Shown: piece by piece, positions 42,554 to 55,849 of the stretch
How positions within the stretch are numbered: the stretch's first letter is position 1
Layout of the letters: each line of letters opens with the position of its first letter
Assembly: GCA_000165345.1 (NCBI GenBank)
Contig: CM000434.1
Location: 288,001-352,000 of the forward strand
Reading direction: 5' to 3'
Length of the DNA: 64,000 nt
Program-made: the position numbers and the translations under genes
The notes under the pieces: model-generated
Databases searched by the model: none
What the model was told of the DNA's origin: nothing
What the model saw: only the letters and a program-made list of their open reading frames with translations

Positions 42554-42944
42554 ATAAACAGTTTTTTCTTCGGTGATAATACTAAAACAAAGTAACAAAA
42601 TTATATTTTGCACAATACCAAAGGGTATGTATGGCCATTAATTATTTAATTCTAATTGGTAGATTTGGTTTGGGTCATTTAATTACATCTTGATTATACG
42701 AACTAGAGAGTTAGTAACATTCTATTGCTACATAAAAGGTGTGTGTACACCGAAAACATAATTCAAGGCAAAAAATTATTTCTCTGAATTAAATCGTAAA
42801 AAAAAATAAGACTATAAATATTGAGTTTTCGAGAGTATCATTAACAAGCCGATATATATATATATTGATCTATATATGCATATATAAATATTTGTATTTA
42901 TTTATATAAAGATATATTAAAGATATCTATTATATAAATTATCA

Positions 42945-44243
42945 ATGGGAGCCAAGAAGAAAATAGCATATTTCTATGACGAGGAAGTTGGAAATTTCCA
43001 CTATGGCTTGGGCCATCCAATGAAGCCGCATAGAGTTAGAATGACCCATGACCTTGTTTCTCAATACGGGTTATTAGAAAAAGTTGATGTTATGGTACCG
43101 ACCCCTGGGACAGTCGAGTCTTTGACAAGGTTTCATTCGAATGACTATGTAGACTTTTTACGTAGCGTTAATACTGATAATATGCATGACTATTCTGATC
43201 ACTTAGCTAGATTCAACGTAGGTGAAGACTGCCCTGTATTTGATGGCCTGTGGGAATTTTGTCAGTTGTCTGCCGGGGGATCACTTGGAGGGGCTCAATC
43301 TGTTAATGAGTTGGGATATCAGTATGCAATAAACTGGGCAGGAGGGCTCCACCATGGAAAAAAACACGAAGCTAGTGGTTTTTGTTATGTTAATGATTGC
43401 GTATTGGGCGCTTTAGAGTTTTTGAAATATCAACATAGAGTTTGTTATGTTGATATTGATATCCATCATGGAGATGGCGTTGAAGAAGCTTTTTATACTT
43501 CTCCCAGATGTATGTGCGTTTCATTTCACAAATATGGTGACTACTTTCCAGGAACTGGAGCACTAAATGATGTAGGAGTGGAGGAAGGTCTTGGATATTC
43601 CGTAAATGTTCCTTTGAAAGACGGGGTTGATGACGCAACTTTTATTGACTTGTTTACTAAAGTTATGACGCTGGTAATGGAAAATTATAGACCGGGGGCA
43701 ATTGTTTTACAGTGCGGAGCTGACTCACTATCAGGAGATAGACTAGGTTGTTTTAACCTATCACTTAAGGGACATGGGCATGCCGTTTCTTTTTTAAAGA
43801 AATTCAACGTTCCATTGCTTATTTTAGGAGGTGGTGGTTACACACTCAGAAATGTTCCAAAATGCTGGACGTATGAAACAAGTTTAATAGTTGACACATA
43901 TATTGATGAACAGCTTCCTAATTCGTCAAATTTCTATGGGTACTATGGACCTGATTTTTCCTTAGCAGTTAGAACTTCAAATATGGAAAATCTAAACTCA
44001 AGACAAGATTGTGAAGAAATTTATAGGAAAATAAGTGAAAACTTCAGGGATTATGTGTTTCCAATCGGATCTCAAATATCAGCATACGACATACCCGAGA
44101 AGCTCCCTCTCTTATATAATCCAAACAAGACTCCAGATGACTATAAAGATGGCAACAACATTAAACACGAACAGCATCAGGATTTCGATGATGAGATGAA
44201 AGAATGGCCTACGGTTGATTACAACAACAGGGCTATTGGATAG
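42945..44243 (+). CDS. Class I histone deacetylase (Rpd3/HDAC1-like)
   Basis: Near-identical core: GHPMKPHR, FNVGEDCPVFDGL, GGLHHGKKHEASGFCYVND, DIDIHHGDGVEEAF, GGGGYT. Confidence 0.9.
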   Translation: MGAKKKIAYFYDEEVGNFHYGLGHPMKPHRVRMTHDLVSQYGLLEKVDVMVPTPGTVESLTRFHSNDYVDFLRSVNTDNMHDYSDHLARFNVGEDCPVFDGLWEFCQLSAGGSLGGAQSVNELGYQYAINWAGGLHHGKKHEASGFCYVNDCVLGALEFLKYQHRVCYVDIDIHHGDGVEEAFYTSPRCMCVSFHKYGDYFPGTGALNDVGVEEGLGYSVNVPLKDGVDDATFIDLFTKVMTLVMENYRPGAIVLQCGADSLSGDRLGCFNLSLKGHGHAVSFLKKFNVPLLILGGGGYTLRNVPKCWTYETSLIVDTYIDEQLPNSSNFYGYYGPDFSLAVRTSNMENLNSRQDCEEIYRKISENFRDYVFPIGSQISAYDIPEKLPLLYNPNKTPDDYKDGNNIKHEQHQDFDDEMKEWPTVDYNNRAIG

Positions 44244-44451
44244 TATACCACTTATCTAGATTTTATCACGAATTAATTAAGCTTAGCGTGGCGAAAAGTT
44301 AGTAAGCCATGACCATAGATAGGTACTAGAACGCAAATAGATATCTAACACTTCATTTTAGCGATTAAGAGAAAGTTATTTTAGTAAACCTAACAGACCT
44401 AATGCCAACTTTATTCCTTTACTATAATAGATGTAACTCGTCCATATAGAT

Positions 44452-44951
44452 TTAAGATCTGGGTTTCTCCTTCTTTTCCTTGAATAATGCAAGTAGTGAT
44501 ACTCCTGAGACCTTCACAGCCTTGAAACGTACTCCTGGAATATCACCAACAGAGTGACCCTTACGACCGAAACCAGCGACAAGCACTTCATCATTCTCGT
44601 CAATGTAGTTCAAGCAACCATCACGTGGAACGAATGCTGTAATTTTCTTACCATTCTTGATAAGTTGTACACGAACACATTTACGAACAGCGGAGTTTGG
44701 TTGCTTTGCTTCTATACCAAAACGTTCAACAACGATTCCCTTAGCATGAGAAGCACCTCCAAATGGATTAGACTTGTATCTTGTACCTAAGTTTGCTCTC
44801 TTGTACTGCTTATCTGCCCATTTTTGAGTTCTACGACGTGTGCGAAGCTCACGTGCCGTATTAATACCCTTTGGTTTTCCTATTGAATGAAAGTTAAAGT
44901 ATTTCAGATACAAATCAATGGTAGTCTCAATATTCACTTACCTGAACCCAT
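44452..44951 (-). CDS. RPS23: 40S ribosomal protein S23 (uS12). Two exons: exon 1 is 44951..44942 (ATGGGTTCAG) and exon 2 is 44879..44452.
   Basis: Exon 2 is collinear with eukaryotic RPS23 ([32 protein letters not shown]...[25 protein letters not shown]...[31 protein letters not shown]). The ATG lies 62 nt upstream. Joining through a GTAAGT donor and an AATAG acceptor gives MGSGKPKG, as in Plasmodium S23. Confidence 0.85.
44880..44941 (-). other. Spliceosomal intron (62 nt, GTAAGT...AATAG) in RPS23
   Basis: Minus-strand donor GTAAGT at 44941..44936 and acceptor AG at 44881..44880. Removing it restores the conserved N-terminus. Confidence 0.8.
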
Positions 44952-45292
44952 TTTTCAGTTATAATTACTCTCAAAAGACAAAAAAAAATCGATTAAACGA
45001 GTTAAATCAATGTCGACAAACTCTGATTAAATTAGCAATTACCAATAATTAGTCTACCGCTAGCTAGAGCTACGTTAAGCCAATTTAAACAAATATACAT
45101 TTATATATATATTTAATATTAATTTGTCTCTTAAAGAGACGACATAAATGGTATATTGACGCGGTTTATTGGTGGCGCCTATGTATTTGTATAATATTTT
45201 TTTGTACGAGGAAAAATGAGAAATTTATCCTGTATTTATGACTAGTCAGAAGTAACTTAACTAAATTTTGAAGCATATTAATTGCTTGGATT

Positions 45293-45891
45293 ATGTTTTT
45301 CTTAAATAGGGCACCCATACCATCCCCAAGTAGTGATGATAAAATTACTCAACTCCAAACTACTTTAAACAATATTTTGCATTGTTTGACTGTGAGTTTT
45401 AGATCTACTATTATGCTATATCTTATTAACTATGCTTTCTTTTCATGATTTACATTCAGGATGCTTTGTATTTACTGCCGGATCTTGCGCCTAAGGTAAC
45501 ATCTAGCTTGCAGTTAGAGGAAGGCGAGGATTTGAATGCTGTAAAACATGATATACTCTACAGAGCAAACTACATCTCAACGGGTTTTGAGTGCGCAAAT
45601 GACTTGATCTCCAAAATGCGCCAACTAAGACCACTAAATGGTGAAGATGCAGAGAGATACTTAAACAAAATCGAGGAGTTAAGGTCTAAAAACGATAATT
45701 GCGTTAAAGAATTAAAATGTGTGTCAGAAGAATGCACGATTGTATTAGATAAATTAAATGTGAGCATTAGTAAATACGTCGAAGATTCTATAAACAAAAA
45801 CATTATTTCAAATGATACAGAGAATAAAATGAATATGACTTTAGGAGAAATGTACGAGATAAATTATCATGCGCGCTCTAATGATAATTGA
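45293..45891 (+). CDS. Mediator subunit Med21 (Srb7)-like. Two exons: 45293..45391 and 45460..45891.
   Basis: An upstream 33-codon exon (MFFLNRAPIPSPSSDDKITQLQTTLNNILHCLT) ends at GTGAGT (45392) and joins in phase 0 to the acceptor CAG at 45457..45459. The spliced DKITQLQTTLNNILHCLTDALYLL resembles the Med21 N-terminus [24 protein letters not shown]. Size is about 177 aa. Confidence 0.5.
45392..45459 (+). other. Putative intron (68 nt, GTGAGT...TTCAG) in the Med21-like gene
   Basis: Donor GTGAGT at 45392 and acceptor CAG at 45457..45459. Both exons are in frame. Confidence 0.45.
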
Positions 45892-45917
45892 ATTCTTGAG
45901 AACATTTAAGAGTATTT

Positions 45918-48900
45918 ATGGAGGAATTAAAGCATCTCAGAATACTCAATAAGGTTCAAGCAAGGATATTTGAAGAATGGAATACTAATGATAGAGATCT
46001 TGCTGAATATTTATGCTATATTGGCAAAGAAAGTAAATCACTCAAAGAGTTTAATGGGAAAGTAACAAGTATTAGTGGTGATAAAATATCTCACGAAGTT
46101 TTGGGCGATATTTATTCAATAATAAATGATACTGAATCTAAATTGAATAAAGTAAATAGTGATTCTTTAAAGCTTCAAAAATCGGACTCGAATAACGACA
46201 ATTTAAATTTTGCCATTCCAAATGAGAAAGCACCATTAAGCAAACATGCTCTGGAACTTATTAGGAAGGAGGATCCTCACTATGTAGATATTAACAGAAA
46301 AAACAAGGGCCAAAGCGAGACAATTTCCACAGGATTTGGAATGAAGGATACCAATTTAAAAAAAGGATTCGGTGCAATTTCAGGAATTAAACTGGTAGAT
46401 AGTTGCAATGTAAAATCCCAATACTCAGGTAATAAGCAAGAAAGGGTATCTAATGACTACGAAAAGTGGGAAATTATGCAGCTTCTTAATTCAGGAGTTA
46501 TTTCAAGGGATGAAATTCCTTATGACATTTGCGATACAACCGGAGATACTATCGATTTTCAAAATGTAGAAATATCCACTGAGATTGAGCTTAGAAATTA
46601 TGAGCCATTGTTTCTCAGAGGGCAATCAATTAAAAAGTTCAATTTTGACTCTTCAATACAAGTCGTAGTAAATCCAGAAGGGAGTTTGAATAAGGCAGCT
46701 GAGTTGGCATCTAACATTGCAAGAGAACGAAGAGAGATTCGAGATTTTCAGGAAAAGACCTTAATAGATAGTATTCCAAGAGATATGAACCGGCCTTGGG
46801 AAGACCCCAATCCAGAGGCTGGGGAGAGAACGATTGCAAGCGCGCTGCGAGGAATTGGGATGAATTCTCAAACCACACCGGAATGGAAACGCCAGTATTT
46901 AGGAAAGAGTCTGAGCTTTGGCAAAAAGAATGTTACTGCCTCTATATCAGAACAAAGAAAAAATTTACCCATTTATCCAATGAGAGACTCACTAGTCGAT
47001 GCAATAAGAAATAACCAGGTAATAGTTGTTATAGGAGAAACAGGTAGTGGTAAAACTACTCAGATTACCCAATATCTATATGAAGAAGGATTTTGCAAAG
47101 ATGGTGGAATAATTGGTTGCACTCAACCAAGAAGAGTTGCTGCAACTTCAATAGCTAGACGCGTTGCGCAGGAAATGGGATGTACATTGGGCTCTACTGT
47201 TGGATTTGCAATTCGATTTGAAGATATCACAACACCAGAGACAAAAATTAAATATATGACAGATGGAATGCTTCTTAGAGAAGCTTTATCGGATAACTGT
47301 TTATCACAATACAGCGTTATTATGCTTGATGAGGCTCATGAGAGAACAATCACAACAGACGTGTTGTTTGGACTGTTAAAGGTAAGTTAATAATTTATTT
47401 GCATTTAATAGTTACAAGATTCGCTGTTTCAATTTTACTGCTTTTTTTAATATTAAATACTAGCTTGATGATTGAGTTATCATTCAATTGTTGATGCATT
47501 GAAACACATACTGAATTTAGGTTTATCCAATCATTGACTGATGACTAATAGTTATTGAGAATATACTATTGGACAGATACCAATGATACAACGCTTGACT
47601 ATTAAATGCTGATATTTTCATGTATATTAACTATCTTTAGGAAACGTGCATTAAACGCCCCAAGTTCAGGTTAATTGTAACATCGGCTACTCTTGAAGCA
47701 GATAAATTTTCCGCGTATTTTATGAATTGTAATATTTTTACTATTCCTGGAAGAACTTTTCCAGTTGAAATATTGTACTCAAAAGAGCCTGTGGACGATT
47801 ATGTTGAGGCTACATTGGTTACTGTACTTCAGATTCATTTGCGCGAGCCTCCTGGAGATATTCTGGTGTTTCTAACTGGTCAAGAGGAGATCGATAATGC
47901 TTGCCAAACTCTACATGAAAGGATGAAAAGGCTGGAAAATATGAAGCCTCCGCCATTGATTATATTACCTGTTTACTCATCCCAGCCTAGCGAAATTCAA
48001 TCTCTAATTTTTGAAGATGCTCCTCCTGGATGTAGGAAATGCGTGATTGCAACAAACATTGCGGAGGCGTCCCTTACCATTGATGGGATTTTTTTTGTAG
48101 TTGACCCAGGGTTTTCAAAAATGATGGTTTTTAATTCAAAAACAGGAATGGACAGTCTCACAGTCACTCCAATTTCCCAAGCTAGCGCAAAACAGAGATC
48201 TGGTAGAGCTGGAAGAACTGGACCAGGAAAATGCTATCGGTTATACACTGAAGCTGCTTTCAATACAGAAATGCTTCCAACAACAGTTCCTGAGATACAA
48301 CGTACTAATCTTGCCAATACAGTATTACTTCTAAAGGCACTAGGGGTGAACGATTTACTTAATTTTGACTTTATGGATCCACCTCCCACTACGACACTTT
48401 TAATTGCTTTAGAAACTTTGTTTGAGCTTGGGGCACTTGATGAAGAAGGCTTTTTAACTAGATTAGGTAGAAAAATGGCAGAGCTACCTATGGAACCAAA
48501 GCTGAGTAAAATGGTTCTTTCTTCTGTTGATTTGGGTTGCTCCGACGAAATAATAACAATTACTTCTATGCTTTCTGTACAGAATGTTTTTTATAGGCCC
48601 AAGGATAAACAAGCTCAGGCAGACAGAAAGAAGTCAAAATTTTACCATCCGCAAGGGGATCATTTGACATATTTAAATGTGTATAACTCCTGGAAAAAGC
48701 AAAGATACTCAGTTCCTTGGTGTTATGAAAATTTTCTACAATCGCGAGCACTTAAAGGAGCGCAAGACGTTCGTAAGCAGTTAATTAATATATTTGACAA
48801 GTATAAGCTAGATATCATCTCAGCAGAAAATGATCACGACAAAATAAGGAAGGCAATTTGCGCTGGGTTTTTTAGTAACTCTTGTAAAAAAGATTCTCAA

Positions 48901-49194
48901 GAAGGTTACAGAAATTTGGTTGACAATCAACATGTTTACTTGCATCCATCTAGCACACTATTTAACAAATCTCCTGAATGGATACTCTACCACGAGCTTG
49001 TATTTACTTCAAAAGAATACATTAGAGACTGCTGCACTATTAAGCCTCATTGGCTTGTTGATTTTGCTCCTAATCTATTTCAATTTGCAGACCAGGATCA
49101 GCTGTCAAAAAGGAAAAAAAAGGAAAAGATTCAACCACTATATAACAAATATGAAGATCCAAACTCTTGGAGGTTATCAAAAAGAAGAAGATAA
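45918..49194 (+). CDS. DEAH-box pre-mRNA splicing helicase Prp22/DHX8-like. Two exons: 45918..47381 and 47641..49194.
   Basis: [14 protein letters not shown] (MLDEAHER), SAT (IVTSAT), [27 protein letters not shown], and a C-terminal tail ending [21 protein letters not shown] as in Prp22/DHX8. The two track ORFs join in frame through GTAAGT (47382) ... TTTAG (47640), giving LLK|[23 protein letters not shown]. Confidence 0.9.
47382..47640 (+). other. Spliceosomal intron (259 nt) in the Prp22 gene
   Basis: GTAAGT donor immediately after the LLK codon and a CTTTAG acceptor. Spliced motifs II-III are contiguous and collinear with DHX8. Confidence 0.85.
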
Positions 49195-49413
49195 AGCTCC
49201 TGCTAACAATTTTTAATCTAGTTCTTTGGTATATTCTCAAATATAATATACCGCCAATGTATTGTAGGGAATTAATAACTATTTTCTTATTAAAATGATT
49301 TAAGTCATAATATATTTGTATTTCGTTAAGGACAATTTTGATTTAATTCAGTACTATTTTGTATAAGAAGCACATTCTCGCATTAAATTGTTGTTTCTTC
49401 CATTGAGTACATT

Positions 49414-51351
49414 ATGGTACTCGGAAACTATTTAAGTTCTTATGTGAAGATTATGCGCATAGGCCAAGGTGCATTTGGAGACGTTTGGCTCGCTGAAGAC
49501 TTAAAGAAGAAAAGGCATGTTGCTTTAAAAAAGCTCATTTCAAAGGAGAGTAGAGACGGATTTTCAAAGACAGCAATTAGGGAGATAGTTTTACTAACGA
49601 ACTTGAAGCATGAAAACATTGTCGAGTTGTATGGAGTCGTTTTTTCGAGGCCTCATAACGATTTGAACGAACATAATATTCATGGAAATCCAATTAATGC
49701 TGTGTCTTCTCACTTACAGTCAAATGCACCAAACAGGGGATCTATTTGGATGGTTTTTGAGTACTTACCATATGATCTTTCTGGCTATATAGAAGGTCTT
49801 AAGTTAGAAGGTAGAGTAATTAAGGTAATAGATATTAAGGTAATCATTCGACAGCTTCTATCGAGTTTAGAGTATTGCCACCTTAATAATACAATTCACA
49901 GAGATATTAAATGTGCAAATTTATTAATTTCAGGAGATGGGGTTGTGAAACTAGCGGATTTTGGTCTTGCAAGGGTTTTCAATACTCGTAATAGGATGCT
50001 CACTAATAGAGTTGTCACACTTTGGTATAGACCACCCGAACTTTTATTGGGCGCACAATTTTACGATACTCCCGTTGATATGTGGTCAGTTGGATGTATA
50101 CTTGGCGAACTAGTTTTGCAGCAACCGCTATTTTGCAGTGAAACGGAAGCTGGAGTATTGAAATCAATTGGCGATACTCTTGGCTCTCCTCCCTCAGATA
50201 TGCTGTTTGAACTTAAGAAGCTTCCTTTATGGAATGATCACGATAATAACCCACTATTACAAATTTTGGGTTCAGGAACGGGATCTAAATTTAGACAATT
50301 TACTTCACGTATTGAAGAGAAGGTTGGCCAACAAGGATTAGATTTATTATTACAATTACTGCAATATTCACCGGAAAGCAGATTAACTGCGCGTCAGGCA
50401 TTAGAGCATCCATGGTTAAATTCTAATAACCCAGATGAAGTAATTCCCGATAAATTGGACATGTCCATCTTCACTCAAAAAAAACAATTTCATTCTTTAA
50501 ATGCAAGGAAATTGCGTGATAAACTTCAGGGTAGACTTAAAGCCCCTTCATCCTCAGAAGCAGGCGGTGCATTAAACGCAGTAATTGGGAAGGCATACAA
50601 TGTAGGAAACATAAAAAAGAATATTGAGGAGGACATCAAAGCAAAGAATGCTTCAAAAAATGAAGAAATAAAGGTACAGCAAAATAGTGATACAAATTCT
50701 ATCAATAACGTTGATTCATCTTCAGCCGTTGATGAAAGAAAATTTAAGAGATCTAGAAGCAGAGAATCAGACGACAATTTAAATGGGTCCAGGTGGAAGT
50801 TGAGAAATTCTAGTGAAAGAAAGCACTCTAAAGAGCATGACAAAAGGTGTGCATCGAATACTCACGACAGAAAGGAAAGAGAGCGCGAAAGGGAACGTGA
50901 AAAAGAGTGCGAAAGGGAACGTGAAAGGGAACGTGAAAGAGAGCGTGAAAGGGAGCGTGAAAGGGAGCGTGAAAGAGAGCGTGTAAGAGAGTTTGAAAGA
51001 GATGAATACGAAAGAAGGAGATATGAATACTCATGGGATGACAGCTACTCACGTAGTAGAGACAGAGAGCCAACGTACTATGACTATAGGTACTCGAGCA
51101 GCTCACGATATAATAGAGACTATCCAAACGGAAGCCGCTCTAGTCTCTCGCAGCACCTATCTCCGCACTCGCCACAAAACAACGCATATCTACCATCTAA
51201 TTATTCTGAGAACCAATATAGAAAAAGGAATTCACCTCCAAGGAGTTTACGCGAGCACTCAAGTAAATATAGCACATCAAGAGGCGCGAGTTCAAGTATG
51301 TACCTTGAAGGCAGAAGCAAGAATGAATATCGAGACCACAGGAGGTTATGA
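49414..51351 (+). CDS. Cyclin-dependent kinase of the transcriptional CDK9/CDK12 (Bur1/Ctk1) family, with a C-terminal (ER)n / RD/RS-like low-complexity tail
   Basis: IGQGAFGDVW, SKTAIREI (PITALRE variant), HRDIKCANLLISGDGVVKLADFGLARVF, TNRVVTLWYRPPELLLG (identical to CDK9). The tail is REREREREKECEREREREREREREREREREREREVREFERDEYERRRY. Confidence 0.8.
   Translation: MVLGNYLSSYVKIMRIGQGAFGDVWLAEDLKKKRHVALKKLISKESRDGFSKTAIREIVLLTNLKHENIVELYGVVFSRPHNDLNEHNIHGNPINAVSSHLQSNAPNRGSIWMVFEYLPYDLSGYIEGLKLEGRVIKVIDIKVIIRQLLSSLEYCHLNNTIHRDIKCANLLISGDGVVKLADFGLARVFNTRNRMLTNRVVTLWYRPPELLLGAQFYDTPVDMWSVGCILGELVLQQPLFCSETEAGVLKSIGDTLGSPPSDMLFELKKLPLWNDHDNNPLLQILGSGTGSKFRQFTSRIEEKVGQQGLDLLLQLLQYSPESRLTARQALEHPWLNSNNPDEVIPDKLDMSIFTQKKQFHSLNARKLRDKLQGRLKAPSSSEAGGALNAVIGKAYNVGNIKKNIEEDIKAKNASKNEEIKVQQNSDTNSINNVDSSSAVDERKFKRSRSRESDDNLNGSRWKLRNSSERKHSKEHDKRCASNTHDRKEREREREREKECERERERERERERERERERERERERVREFERDEYERRRYEYSWDDSYSRSRDREPTYYDYRYSSSSRYNRDYPNGSRSSLSQHLSPHSPQNNAYLPSNYSENQYRKRNSPPRSLREHSSKYSTSRGASSSMYLEGRSKNEYRDHRRL
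50875..50994 (+). repeat. Coding 12-nt tandem minisatellite (GAAAGRGARCGT)n encoding the (ER)n tract of the CDK
   Basis: About 10 near-perfect copies seen directly. The antisense strand gives spurious ORFs (HVPFHVPFRTLF...). Confidence 0.8.
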
Positions 51352-51945
51352 TAAGTCATGTTTATCCTTATCGATTCATTAGGGGCTAAACTATAGCCGA
51401 TAATTAATGCTAAAAATTAGTTTACTTTTGAGCATACTTCTCTTTATAATACAAGCCACACCTACAAAAACAACCCACAGTATTTAACTAGAAAGTAACT
51501 AGATTTTTTAACCACACCTCCAAGGCGCCATAGACATGTTGGGCAGCGCATCAAGTACCGTCTAAAATTTAAATAACCTATTGTATTAATAATATATGAA
51601 AATAAGTATATCCATTTAACGCGGGAGGATATATAGGGTAAGCTATATATCTAATGGGGAGCAGATTATATATTAGATATTGTTAATACGATATAAAGGT
51701 AATACTTGAAATACATGTTAATATATAAAATATTTATATTTATATTTATGAATGAATTAATTGAATACTTTCCATATACAATAATAAAAATATATTATTA
51801 GTATATTTAGTACGAGGATAATAAAGCGCTATATTTTGTATCCCGCTTCCGCTCTTATATATTTTTTATTATATTGTAGTTTTCCACGTAAGAAGTTTTT
51901 AAAGATAAATTCAGAATAAGGTCGATATAAAGCTTGTTTAGTAGA

Positions 51946-53946
<2,001 letters not shown>

Positions 53947-54452
53947 ACTAACTGACCAATTTTCAAGATTTTATGGAAACCTGTCTAGGCTTATATTATT
54001 TAATGTTACCTATAATTATATTAAAAGCTTAATGTTATAATTAATCTAACAATTGAACACAGAAATGCTCTTTTTTAGAGTTAAGATCTGCATTTAGCAT
54101 GAGAAGTAATTAATTTGTAATTGGAATTAATGTAAGGATTAATTTAATTTTTTGATAAAATGAGTAATACTCAAAATTTATGTACATGGAGAAATTACAT
54201 CGTTTATTCTCATTTTTAGTCCATTTGCCTTTTACATTATATCGTTCTTAACTCTTAGTCCCAGCGTTTAATTTTACCTTTAAATTTCAATATGTTTAGA
54301 TTCAGAATTTTTTTTTAGTTTGAAATTGCCTTGACCAAATTATTTCAAGTGATTAAAGATACATAATAGCAGATAAATAAGTTATATAGTGAGAACTAAA
54401 TGGTGGGAGGTAGGTCTAAATGGTGCATTTGGCAGTTTAATATGATTTAATG

Positions 54453-55347
54453 TTAATTTTTTCGACCTCTGAAAGCTTTTTGCTGTTTTTCTCTTCTTAT
54501 TTCCTCTAGCTCTTCAAGGATTTCTTCTATTTCTTCCGCCTCCTGAACTGCTTCCTCGATCCTCCCCTCTTGAATAGCTTGTTTAATTCCTTCTTCATCG
54601 AGGTTTTCGAGAACAGGATTGGTTGCGAGTTCATATTCATACTCGCTTTGAAGTTCTTCTTCAGTCATCTTTCTCCTTAAGTTGGACTTTTTTACTACGT
54701 TTTTAGAAACAGGTGTACCAACTTGTTTATTTGGTACTTGCTTTCTGATATTTTTACCTTGTTGTTTTTCATCCTTTGATTGATTAATAATCAGATTTGC
54801 ATAGGGATCTACATGATCAGGATTATCTATATTAGCATTAGAATCTATTAGTTGGGATACAAAGCAATTAATGAGAAATTACTAAAGAATAATTTAGAAG
54901 AACTCACCTGAACCTGTCTTAATTATATTTTTTTTGTTTGATTTTGAATTTGAAAAACTTATTGTTAGGAAAATACGATGTAAAATGATACCTGAAAGTA
55001 AGTTGTGTGAATATATTATTAAATTTATCTACAATTAATGATTGGTTCTGGTTAATTTTTTTTTAATAGAAAGATTATCACTAATTTATGAATTAACCAA
55101 AATAAATCATTAAATAGTAGCTTTAATTATAATACTTACCAAAAATAAATAGTGCAAATATAATAAAAATAATGAAATATTTTTTAGAATTCGAAGTTTG
55201 TGATTTTGAACTGGATTTTGCAGGGGGAGATGCTTTAATATTTATAGGACTAAATGTTGGTAAATCATCCGTTTTTTTATGGTCAATTCTTTCCTTAATG
55301 AACGAACCAGATTTCAATGGCCTTATTAATGAAGAAGATCTTTGCAT
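54453..55347 (-). CDS. Hypothetical single-TM protein with an acidic helical C-terminal tail. Proposed 2-exon model: exon 1 is 55347..55140, the intron is 55139..54845 (GTAAGT...AATAG, 295 nt), and exon 2 is 54844..54453.
   Basis: The upstream ORF ends exactly at TTTG|GTAAGT (...YFIIFIIFALFIFG). The downstream ORF (MTEEELQSEYEYE...KAFRGRKN) stays open 5' without an ATG as far as an AATAG acceptor. Phase 1 joins in frame (G+AT=Asp). An alternative donor at 54905 (CAGGTGAGT) means the model is uncertain. Confidence 0.3.
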
Positions 55348-55427
55348 TATTCCAATATTATAAAAGAATTATAATGATACCTTCATATTGTTTTCTACTT
55401 TTTTCTTGCTGTTATGAATTTGTCTAA

Positions 55428-55435
55428 TGCATGCA
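55428..55435. promoter_or_regulatory. Palindromic TGCATGCA (G-box-like, ApiAP2-type) motif in the divergent promoter 55348..55849
   Basis: Exact 8-bp palindrome. A second GCATGC core sits at 33968..33973 in the CCCH promoter. Confidence 0.4.
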
Positions 55436-55849
55436 AAATGTCTATTTTAGCGCCTATCATAGTGCAATTGCTACGATAACATTAATTAATTGGTTATATA
55501 TAACTATTTAAAAATTACTTTGCCAGAAATTTTATTTAAAAAAAATATATAACATTTTCTCTTTAATTTTCTTTCTTTAACAATGTCTGTAAAACAGATT
55601 TTCTAGCGTTTCGCCACTTGTTGGTCAGATATGATTATGTTTAAATACTAAAAAAACGTATTCGAAATTCCGAGGTATATTCTAAGACCAATGAGTAGTA
55701 AATATAGTTTGTTATATATAGCTATCATAAAATAATAAGAATTTTATATTTTATTAATAATTTTGGTAATATTTATTAAACAAAGCGCCGAAATAAAAAA
55801 TTAAATTTGTTTTGATGCGATAATATTTTAATGCAATGAACTTTTACAC

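Noticed and set aside
50526-51382. Three ORFs (two minus, one plus) overlapping the CDK tail
   Set aside because: They are other-frame readings of the (GAAAGRGARCGT)n repeat (HVPFHVPF...), not independent genes.
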